Shown here: positions 19,201 through 26,455 of the stretch, in pieces
How the letters are laid out: each line of letters begins with the position of its first letter
Position numbering within the stretch: position 1 is the first letter of the stretch
DNA from: Methanobacteriota archaeon
Lineage (GTDB): Archaea; Thermoplasmatota; Poseidoniia; Poseidoniales; Poseidoniaceae
Assembly (NCBI GenBank): GCA_018650165.1
Contig: JABIGM010000050.1
Span: 46,119-110,118 of the forward strand
Length of the DNA: 64,000 nt
Direction of reading: 5' to 3'
The notes under the pieces: generated by a model
Databases searched by the model: none
Seen by the model: only the letters and a program-made list of their open reading frames with translations
Told to the model about the DNA's origin: nothing
Program-made: the position numbers and the translations under genes

Positions 19201-20280
19201 TTCAATTTGGTCACTATACAGAATCGTGAACGTCTGACTTCTGTTTTGCGTATTTGGACAATTGTAGGCCTCACCTTTTCGTGGACTGCGTTCAAGGGCA
19301 TTGGTACGATGATTGGAGCAATATGGGCAACTTATGATACATTTGTAAATGGTCAAAAGTATGCGATATTAGCTATGCCATTACTACATGCATTTGCAGT
19401 TTGGAATATGCTAGAACAATTCGAACAAAATGGAAACGTACAGGATGCTTTGGTCGGAACTGTTCTGATTCTAAGTGGTCTATTGTTTACCCTAATTGCT
19501 TCTAAGGCCGAAATAGCATGGAATTGGGAAATATTTGATTGGAGCCATGAGAGTGAATACTACGGCTGGATAGATAGAGTCGGCCAATTAGGTATCACTT
19601 ACTTCCTAATTGGAATAACATGGGCGATAGGTGAGGCTGACCAAGAAGGTATGCTATGGGCTATTTGGGCTGTATTCCTATCCGGAGTTGCAATTCAAGG
19701 ATTCAGGGATGAAACTGAAACACCTTGGCGCAGAGGCATTGGCTCAATTGGCTGTATCTTTGCACTGTTCATGCTATCATTTACCTTTGAAACTGACCTT
19801 TACCAATCCATCAATTGGATGTTCATGGGTGTTGTCGCACTAGGGTTTGGTTTTGCATATATCTCTCGAATGGGCGAGGTTTCAACACTGTATGATCAAT
19901 CCTATACAGATGCTAAAGATGCAATCCAAATCGATTCTAATGATGGTGACAAATACGTAACAATACCTGAACCAATCACTGAAGAAACTGAAGAAATAGA
20001 GGAAGTAAACGAAGAGACTGTTGAAGATGAAGACGATCTTAGTGAAGATGAACTCGAGCAGGTGCTGGATGAAGTAGGTGAAGACGAAGATACACACACA
20101 GATGGAGAACCTGCGCCGCAATTACAGACTCCATTGCATTACAATTATGATTTGCAACTAGACCAAACGGTTCTTCATGCGATTCAGTCATCCCTTGCAG
20201 CAACACCGCATGCAGGATTTAAACCGGTTGTTTCAATTGCGAAAAATGGGAATTTGAAAATTGATTTCATACCGCTTTGA
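16246..20280 (+). CDS. Very large integral membrane protein (1344 aa; I estimate about 30 predicted TM helices) with a C-terminal acidic low-complexity tail. Function unknown.
   Basis: Hydrophobic helices run continuously from about aa 60 to 1230. The tail is 'EPITEETEEIEEVNEETVEDEDDLSEDELEQVLDEVGEDED'. I recognised no enzymatic motif. Confidence 0.6.
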   Translation: MRNMSNLPSRPQRPTGKQNLSARIGNLSANAILAPPVTMGTVGQAPVNAVNSGMQKFAQLILFAIAMIAIWAGLLSIAFGGDEQTQMNFLVLGIGGILSGVLAISLVEFQVRKGGNELQNVHDYMLGVAFFFLAVGTLWGTRWLIGFLAGQEVHWLIPEGTDPLDSGWIPSANAIYLQMAATLALALAQTFYLMRLKGVTTFGWSVTTFTPLVVALIGSSIWMEWSDNIVSWELGIAMISLASLSMWLSLRANSGIIFSVVAVTSGLLPMLYEYNNEDVGSGGALSLLVFIIAVQGILAADRRLRQDLMQWTSALLVGEVVLAMILARDADFELILGPIRQSELGSLEPYLTLQVGLWMTVLVAYFPATLKRRIPYMPIGLAGSLFIISSSAGLIPWIVTLVMLPYLLVISKVTRQWVANCTMIATGFSFFIQSHWMGGFEPGWLEATILIVVLASGEVGRQKGHLSDWAHFVTLGLLVISKSVLFGDDPYVPWAIFIYAVVSSYMMMVKSEANGSKQDAFEASSATAGSMVIAVILSLFDRLEVPLPSNIAENLEGFNVTLALVGLIVYASMRKFRTIELDLGVMFNWAEGKRKSMMPVFDTTTNSWVVDNGGASSEPADYSWGPLGRMSLIGPMILFTVALTAVGPTNLAENIIWTLLLIIPIGIIVKEVLDEERASSTGRMIATFTMIAVAAPMALSLNLARGETDGLIYSTILFDLMLLAGPLGVSVLLSKKGLNDDSLNRTADIATLMGLLVLGLFDTSGGLLFLTMYILVFSRAVKHRVNLVLCIAPIAILLFGFDSYGDRFVSDGAIVGDILSKLDIISYDPSEITILGLSRFSFFVMATTSLIILARGVLDRQYGLDAGAIEAPMTVPAFWLTLGMFGVLPEASWLLLTMTILVTIYAWLVGRIEIIPWIPTLALISFLIGFTNDSNFSHFDGGDVFAHSLLGTGLFALTLNQLSSKGWLYKYADEAIDDQLATATIFNLVTIQNRERLTSVLRIWTIVGLTFSWTAFKGIGTMIGAIWATYDTFVNGQKYAILAMPLLHAFAVWNMLEQFEQNGNVQDALVGTVLILSGLLFTLIASKAEIAWNWEIFDWSHESEYYGWIDRVGQLGITYFLIGITWAIGEADQEGMLWAIWAVFLSGVAIQGFRDETETPWRRGIGSIGCIFALFMLSFTFETDLYQSINWMFMGVVALGFGFAYISRMGEVSTLYDQSYTDAKDAIQIDSNDGDKYVTIPEPITEETEEIEEVNEETVEDEDDLSEDELEQVLDEVGEDEDTHTDGEPAPQLQTPLHYNYDLQLDQTVLHAIQSSLAATPHAGFKPVVSIAKNGNLKIDFIPL

Positions 20281-20282
20281 AT

Positions 20283-21506
20283 CTAATCTTGCTCAGCAGG
20301 ATAAGCGCCCCAATATGCTTCACGTGATGCTTGATTCGCAGCCATACAGGAATTGACATCACTACTACGAGAAGGTAGTGTAGAACTACCATTTAGATGA
20401 TTGATCATCGGTTCGATATTTGACCAATTTAGAACACCCCACCCAACTTGAGTGCATGGTAAAATAGGACTAATCGGAGTTGTACCCCCTGTTGGGTCCC
20501 AGGTTGCTGCGGAGGGGTACCATCCTGAAAGATTCAAGGCATTGCGGATATCTGAATTAGAAATCTCAACATCTCCATCCACGAGATATCCATCTCTGCC
20601 CCCGGAACTTGAATCATTGAATTCGGCTCTGAGTGTGGTCATGATGTGGCCCAAAAATCCGGCTGTTCGTGGTGTTGCAAAGGATGTTCCCGAAGTTTCA
20701 TGATAGCCATCTGTATCCTGGTGATTGGGTAATGATTGTGTCCAATCTGACGCCATATCTGGGTAAGAACCAGACATTGTCTCTTTTTGGTCGTCATCCC
20801 CCTCTGCATATCCTGAAACTCCAATTGACCATGGCGGGCCTGCAGTGGCATCTTGTACTGCGGGTGAAGGTGAGTTATCAGCAGCGCCTGTGTGAATCTT
20901 GTGATTTTCGACCACAGCGATCTTGGTAGCATCTTCGATTCCAGGCACAGGTACTGAACCAGGTGCTCCAAATGAAGTTGTAATGACATCTACCATTGGG
21001 TGGGTTCCAGCAGTAATAACGGCATTTTCACTAAAGCCTTCAACAAAGAAAATTATTGCATCGGGGTCGGCATCAAGAACGGCCCCTGTTACTGCAGTTC
21101 CATGACCATCATCCGGGTCATCAAGAATCATCGTGGGTGTACCACCATCAGGAGATTGTGCAAATATTCGTGTTCCAGGGAAATATACAATATCGCTTGC
21201 AGTAATCGTATCCCAACAAGTTGTGCGATCGTTATCAACACGCTCTTGATAGGTTCCTTGGTTAGTTAAATTACAAATTATAGTTGTTCCCATGGCCTCA
21301 ACAAACCAGTCTGGGAGAATCTCTTCGGTTTGGAAATGGTCGTGATAAGGATTTATTCCAGTATCGATAGGAGCTATCACGGTATAGGGTCTGAAGTTAT
21401 CCCCATTCGCCATTTCTGTCTCTTTCGGTACGACTTCTTCTTCGCTGAAGCACCCTGCAAGACTAGCACTTGCCATCAAGATGGCTAGCAGTAAGGCGCG
21501 AGACAT
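20283..21506 (-). CDS. S8-family serine peptidase, a lipoprotein-like secreted protein.
   Basis: 'LAILMASASLAGC' is a signal peptide plus lipobox-like Cys. 'VIAPIDTGIN' (Asp), 'DGHGTAVTGAV' (His), 'ETSGTSFATPRTAG' (Ser). Confidence 0.75.
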   Translation of the reverse strand: MSRALLLAILMASASLAGCFSEEEVVPKETEMANGDNFRPYTVIAPIDTGINPYHDHFQTEEILPDWFVEAMGTTIICNLTNQGTYQERVDNDRTTCWDTITASDIVYFPGTRIFAQSPDGGTPTMILDDPDDGHGTAVTGAVLDADPDAIIFFVEGFSENAVITAGTHPMVDVITTSFGAPGSVPVPGIEDATKIAVVENHKIHTGAADNSPSPAVQDATAGPPWSIGVSGYAEGDDDQKETMSGSYPDMASDWTQSLPNHQDTDGYHETSGTSFATPRTAGFLGHIMTTLRAEFNDSSSGGRDGYLVDGDVEISNSDIRNALNLSGWYPSAATWDPTGGTTPISPILPCTQVGWGVLNWSNIEPMINHLNGSSTLPSRSSDVNSCMAANQASREAYWGAYPAEQD

Positions 21507-21577
21507 AGATTACCGCGGGAGCACCTCATTGAATAATCATCCGCCATAATGAAACACTCAATACACGTGGGATTAGC

Positions 21578-22111
21578 ATGGCGGGAGAAATGGTTTGGAT
21601 TGATCTCGAAATGACGGGATTAAATCTTGATAGTGAATCTATTATTGAAATTGCCACAATTGTCACTGATGGTGAATTGAATATTACTGCCATGGGCCCA
21701 AATCTGGCAATCAAAGTAAGCGAAGAGTTGCTGGGAAATATGGATGAGTGGAACACAACTCATCACACAGCCTCTGGACTTGTTGATAGAATAAGGAGCG
21801 AAGGTGTTAGTTTAGAAGAAGCGATTAAGCAAACTTGTGCCTTTCTAAAAGAAAATATAGATACAGGTGCTTCTCCACTCTGTGGCAATTCAATTCATAC
21901 TGATAGAGCATTTTTGGCAAAAGAAATGCCTGAAATTCTAGACCTGTTACACTATCGTATTGTCGATGTATCTTCAATCAAAGAGTTATCCAATAGATGG
22001 TATCCAAATAATCCAAGATATGACAAAAAAGAAGCACACCGTGCTTTGGATGATATTATCGAATCTATCGAAGAACTTCGCCACTACAGGGCTACTTTAT
22101 TCAGAGATTAA
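21578..22111 (+). CDS. orn: Oligoribonuclease (DEDDh 3'-5' exonuclease).
   Basis: 'MVWIDLEMTGL' is Exo I with the DxE. 'GNSIHTDRAFL' and 'HRALDDIIESI' are Exo II/III with His and Asp. 177 aa is the typical Orn size. Confidence 0.8.
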   Translation: MAGEMVWIDLEMTGLNLDSESIIEIATIVTDGELNITAMGPNLAIKVSEELLGNMDEWNTTHHTASGLVDRIRSEGVSLEEAIKQTCAFLKENIDTGASPLCGNSIHTDRAFLAKEMPEILDLLHYRIVDVSSIKELSNRWYPNNPRYDKKEAHRALDDIIESIEELRHYRATLFRD

Positions 22112-22904
22112 TTCCTTTGAACCCGGCAATAATTTCTGCGATTACTGCAATTGCAATCTCTTCGGGGCTCTCTGCCCCAATCTCAAGTCCAATTGGGCAG
22201 TTCACCCGGTCTAACCTCTCTTGAGTAATCCCTGCATCGAGAGCGACTTCAGAGAAAGTTTTCCATTTTGATTTTGAGCCTATTACTCCTAATCTCCCCG
22301 AATAACCTGCAAATAGTAAGCCGAGTAATCTTTCTTCATCTTCTTTCCAGTCGTGACCTAGAAGCAAAATATCACTAAATCTAGCCAAGGAATCGGTGTT
22401 TTCAGCCATCAAGAAATCTTTGGGACAGGAGTGATGTGACTCTTTAGCTCCTTCAATCGTGGCAAATTCCGCTCTCGAATCCTGAACTGAGAAACTCCAA
22501 TTCAAAGGACCACATGCTTCTGCAATCGCCTTAGCACAATGACCTCCTCCCATCAGTAGAATATGTGGCATCGGCATCAGGATCTCCATTGCAACGGTAA
22601 CGTGGCCGCCACATAAACTATCCAGAGGTGTTACCTCATAGCCCTTGGCTCCTTTATTCAATCCAAATGTCACGACCTTACCGCATGGCTTGATGGCATT
22701 TTCCAGCATCTCTCTAAGTTGTGATATCACTTTCAGTTCAAGTCCAGCACCGCCAACGGTACCTACTATGCCATGATTATTCAATGCTAATTTAGCACCT
22801 TCTTTTCCGGGTACTGAACCTGTAGTTGAAATCACAGTTGCAATTGCAACCCCTCGATTTTTGGAAAGTTCATCAAGAGACCAGTGCAAAATAGATGCCG
22901 TCAT
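22101..22904 (-). CDS. xdhC: XdhC/CoxI-family molybdenum-cofactor insertion chaperone.
   Basis: N-terminal XdhC_CoxI region 'VAIATVISTTGSVPGKEGAKL', then a Rossmann-like 'ILLMGGGHCAKAIAEA'. It overlaps mocA by 4 nt. Confidence 0.7.
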   Translation of the reverse strand: MTASILHWSLDELSKNRGVAIATVISTTGSVPGKEGAKLALNNHGIVGTVGGAGLELKVISQLREMLENAIKPCGKVVTFGLNKGAKGYEVTPLDSLCGGHVTVAMEILMPMPHILLMGGGHCAKAIAEACGPLNWSFSVQDSRAEFATIEGAKESHHSCPKDFLMAENTDSLARFSDILLLGHDWKEDEERLLGLLFAGYSGRLGVIGSKSKWKTFSEVALDAGITQERLDRVNCPIGLEIGAESPEEIAIAVIAEIIAGFKGINL

Positions 22905-23476
22905 TGCAATGCCTCCAAATCGGCGGGAGTGTCTATGTTCATATGCACGCCGGGAGCAGAAATCCTAGTGATTTCTAATTGTTCACGTAATGAAGACTCT
23001 TTACTGAGGGCAAGGACCTTATCAATTTCACACAGTAAAAGTGGATGGCCACTTGGGTCTGGAGATGCATTAGAATGGTTCTCCAATAATGCGGGAATAG
23101 TTTCTTTATTCCAACCACATCTATCAACCGGAGAAATCAAAACGCGCCGAGGAGTTCTGCCTAATTCGCTCAGAAGTGAAAGTAATCCGACCTGTAAGGT
23201 GCCTGTCCTGCCATCTTCAGGATTTGGATTTACAACAATTGTTGCATCTTTGCATGAGAGCATCACATCGATTTGTAATTCAGAGCGAGTTACAACGATA
23301 ATAGGTTTGCAACCACTCTCCTGAAGGAGACGTACTGCCCTGCCAACCAAGGTTTCACCATTCCATTCGACCAATGCTTTAGGTTGTCCCAATCGAGATG
23401 ACGACCCCGCAGCCAGAACAATGGCTGGTACACACTTGGCCATTAGATCACAGGTCCTTGGTAATCTCACGCCCAA
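22901..23476 (-). CDS. mocA: MobA-like NTP transferase, a candidate molybdenum cofactor cytidylyltransferase. The start is probably the internal 'MAKCVPAIVLAAG' at about 23443.
   Basis: 'AIVLAAGSSSRLGQPKAL' is the nucleotidyl-transferase glycine-rich loop of the MobA/MocA family. It is adjacent to xdhC. Confidence 0.65.
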   Translation of the reverse strand: MGVRLPRTCDLMAKCVPAIVLAAGSSSRLGQPKALVEWNGETLVGRAVRLLQESGCKPIIVVTRSELQIDVMLSCKDATIVVNPNPEDGRTGTLQVGLLSLLSELGRTPRRVLISPVDRCGWNKETIPALLENHSNASPDPSGHPLLLCEIDKVLALSKESSLREQLEITRISAPGVHMNIDTPADLEALQ

Positions 23477-24596
23477 TTATCATACGTTGGACCTGACTGC
23501 TTCCTTCATAGATTTGCATTACTTTAGCACCACGCATTAAACGAGCCACTGGGTACTCTTCAGAATAACCATATCCACCATAGACCTGTACTGCATCTGT
23601 AGTAACTTCCATGGCAGTATCTGCTGCAAAGCGCTTCGCATGGGCTGCGGATTCAGTATTACTGATTCCCGCATCTGATTCTGAGGCTGATTTCCAGGTT
23701 AACATCCTTGATGCTTCAATCTTAGTCTTCATATCCGCAAGCATGAATTGAATTGCTTGGTGTCGATGTAGAGGTTTGCCAAACGTTTGGCGTTCTCCTG
23801 AATATTGTAATGCGTGTTCGTAAGCAGCACGAGCTAGTCCTGTTGCATGAGCTGCAATGTTTGGCCGACTCATGTCGAATGCCTTCATCGCATTCATCCA
23901 CCCACCTGATTCTGAAGCACCACACAGGTTTTCAACTGGAATCCTCATGTCATCGAATGACATAGAACGGGTATCAGAACACCTTTGGCCCATATTATTC
24001 TCTTTCTTTCCTAGAGAAAGACCAGGGGTGTTAGCATCGACAATGAAACCAGACATCCCACGATATCCCGCATTGGGGTCGGTCTTTGCCAAAACGAAAA
24101 ACCAATCTGCTTTTCCGGCACCTGTGATCCACATTTTTGAACCGTTGATGACATATTCATCACCATCTTTTACTGCCAGAGTTTTACAAGCAGCCACGTC
24201 TGAACCCGCACCTGGTTCGGTAACTGCATAGGATGCGAGAGCACCTTCTTCAGCAACCATTCGCAAGTATTTGTCCTTCTGTTCATGAGTTGCCCCTGTA
24301 ATCAGTGGAGCACATGCTAGACTAGTGGCATATGCCGCTGTTGCAAAACCGGGGTCACCCCATGCTAATTCTTCATTGACAAGCACTTCTTCCATTGAAC
24401 CAAGTCCAGGTCCACCATACTCTTCAGAAATATGTAAGTTTAGTAATCCCATTTCATTTGCAGATTTTATTGCATCTTTCGGGTATTCCGAATTCAAGTC
24501 CCAGTGTTCTGCATTTGGTCTGATTTCATCCAAGGCAAACTCTCTTGCTAGTTCTTGGAGCATCGTCTGCATTTCATCTAATTGAAAGTCGACCAT
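23448..24596 (-). CDS. Acyl-CoA dehydrogenase.
   Basis: 'YAVTEPGAGSDVAA', 'NGSKMWITGAG', 'QVYGGYGYSEEYPVARLMRGAKVMQIYEGSSQVQR' are canonical ACAD motifs, including the catalytic-base region. Confidence 0.85.
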   Translation of the reverse strand: MVDFQLDEMQTMLQELAREFALDEIRPNAEHWDLNSEYPKDAIKSANEMGLLNLHISEEYGGPGLGSMEEVLVNEELAWGDPGFATAAYATSLACAPLITGATHEQKDKYLRMVAEEGALASYAVTEPGAGSDVAACKTLAVKDGDEYVINGSKMWITGAGKADWFFVLAKTDPNAGYRGMSGFIVDANTPGLSLGKKENNMGQRCSDTRSMSFDDMRIPVENLCGASESGGWMNAMKAFDMSRPNIAAHATGLARAAYEHALQYSGERQTFGKPLHRHQAIQFMLADMKTKIEASRMLTWKSASESDAGISNTESAAHAKRFAADTAMEVTTDAVQVYGGYGYSEEYPVARLMRGAKVMQIYEGSSQVQRMIIGREITKDL

Positions 24597-24639
24597 GCTC
24601 AGCCCACAAGGCCATTGCGCATAAGAAGTGCTATTCTTC

Positions 24640-25779
24640 TCAAATCGAGAGATAGCCTTGGCGTTGTAATTCGATTAGAACCAAGAATAGTAAGTAGAAA
24701 GAAATCAAAATTCCACCTTCCAATCTACTAAATTTAAATCCGGTCCACATCATTACCAAACATAATGCCACTCCAGCAATCGTCGCTGGGATAATCAAGT
24801 ACATTGTTAGGTCATAAGAGGCTTCAGTCAATGTGATTGGGGCCACTAAGGCTGCGATACCAATGGACAATAGTGGGTCTGTAATATTAGAGCCTATCAG
24901 GGTTCCAATCGCAACTCCTTGACTCTTACGTACTGCAACCATTGCGACAGTAAGTTCTGGAAGTGAGGTTCCTAAACCAGACATTGTGGAACCAACAATT
25001 GCATGAGGAACATTCAATTTATAGGCGATTTCACAAGCATAATCCACTAACTGAGTCGCTGAATATACAGCCATACTCAGTCCAATTATGACCATGATCA
25101 TGTATGCAGTTCCACTCCAACTAAATTCTGTTGAAGACTTAATCTCATTTACAATTTCAAGTTCATCTTCTCTAATTTTATTAGTATCACTAAGCAACCA
25201 AAAGATGTACAGCATATAGATTAAACACAGGATTGCCCCCTCTATACGAGTTAGTCCATCTCCCTCCCATAGTAAAGCAGTCAAGACAAGTACTGAAAGA
25301 AGCATAAGAAGGCCATCTCTTCGTAGCCATGCGGGCCTAATCTCAAGCGGTTTGAAAGCGACAACTATGCCCAATACTAGGGTGATTTGAACCAATATCG
25401 AGCCGTAGATATTACCAACTGCTAGATCCATCAGTGCCGGGTCATTTCCTGCAGCTGTTGCCGAAGCAGTAGCAGTAACAAGAATCTCGGGGAGAGAGGT
25501 TCCAATGCTGACAATCGTTAATCCGATTACAACTTCTGCCATTCCGGCTCTCCTAGCGAGTCCTTTAGCACCCTCTACAAAGAAATCAGCAGAGGTAATC
25601 AGCAATGCCAGTGCTATTATTATCAAAACAATTAGGATGCCGATATTTGTCCAATCATTTTTCTCAGTAATTCCTCCAAGAATTGCCAGTGTTACGAACA
25701 GTGCGAATGAAATCAGTAATGCATTCCATTGGAGAAGAGCACCAATGCCTTGCTGCTTAACTTCCCCTCCCATGACCAT
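24640..25779 (-). CDS. CaCA-family Na+/Ca2+ (cation/Ca2+) exchanger.
   Basis: Two alpha-repeat signatures, 'GTSLPEILVT' and 'GTSLPELTVA', with about 10 TM helices. Confidence 0.8.
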   Translation of the reverse strand: MVMGGEVKQQGIGALLQWNALLISFALFVTLAILGGITEKNDWTNIGILIVLIIIALALLITSADFFVEGAKGLARRAGMAEVVIGLTIVSIGTSLPEILVTATASATAAGNDPALMDLAVGNIYGSILVQITLVLGIVVAFKPLEIRPAWLRRDGLLMLLSVLVLTALLWEGDGLTRIEGAILCLIYMLYIFWLLSDTNKIREDELEIVNEIKSSTEFSWSGTAYMIMVIIGLSMAVYSATQLVDYACEIAYKLNVPHAIVGSTMSGLGTSLPELTVAMVAVRKSQGVAIGTLIGSNITDPLLSIGIAALVAPITLTEASYDLTMYLIIPATIAGVALCLVMMWTGFKFSRLEGGILISFYLLFLVLIELQRQGYLSI

Positions 25780-25855
25780 GGCATAATGAACCCCTCTTTG
25801 ATTATTACTTAGGTTTTAGAAAAAACTCATGAATTGAGTCTGATACCACCGGTTT

Positions 25856-26455
25856 GTGTGGTCGCGCTACCTTGCTGAATTTTGCGGGACTTTTCTGATG
25901 GTCCTATTGGGATGTGGATCCGTTGCAATGGGTTGGAGCCCTATTGCAATTAGTGTGACTTTTGGTTTTGCAGTATTCACAGCAATTATGATTTTCCAGC
26001 CAATTTCGGGCGCCCATATTAATCCGGCTGTATCGATTGCATTTGCAGCAAAGGGTGACCTTGAACAAAAAGCGTTACCTGGGTACTTAATCGCACAATC
26101 ACTAGGTGCTTGGCTTGCAGCAATGCTGGTCGTTGATGGAGCAACTATTCCCACTGTCTCGATGCCAAATGCATGGGGAATTGAAATTGCAATTACTCTA
26201 CTTCTAATGTATTCAATACATGTGCTGGTAAGAAGAAATGTGAGTCGATTCAAACTATCACTCGGAGTAGGGACCATGGTTGCATTACTGTCATTCTGTT
26301 TCGGAGATTCCACCGGCGCTAGTATGAATCCCGCAAGAACACTTGGACCAAATATTGTCACGGGCAATGGGAATTTAATTCTATATATCGTGGCCCCTGT
26401 AATCGGGGCCGTAATATCAAACTTCATCCCTGGGCCACTTGACGAAGAGCCTTGA
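25856..26455 (+). CDS. MIP-family channel (aquaporin / aquaglyceroporin-like), short form.
   Basis: Two NPA boxes, 'GAHINPAVS' and 'GASMNPART', with 6 hydrophobic helices. Confidence 0.75.
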   Translation: MWSRYLAEFCGTFLMVLLGCGSVAMGWSPIAISVTFGFAVFTAIMIFQPISGAHINPAVSIAFAAKGDLEQKALPGYLIAQSLGAWLAAMLVVDGATIPTVSMPNAWGIEIAITLLLMYSIHVLVRRNVSRFKLSLGVGTMVALLSFCFGDSTGASMNPARTLGPNIVTGNGNLILYIVAPVIGAVISNFIPGPLDEEP

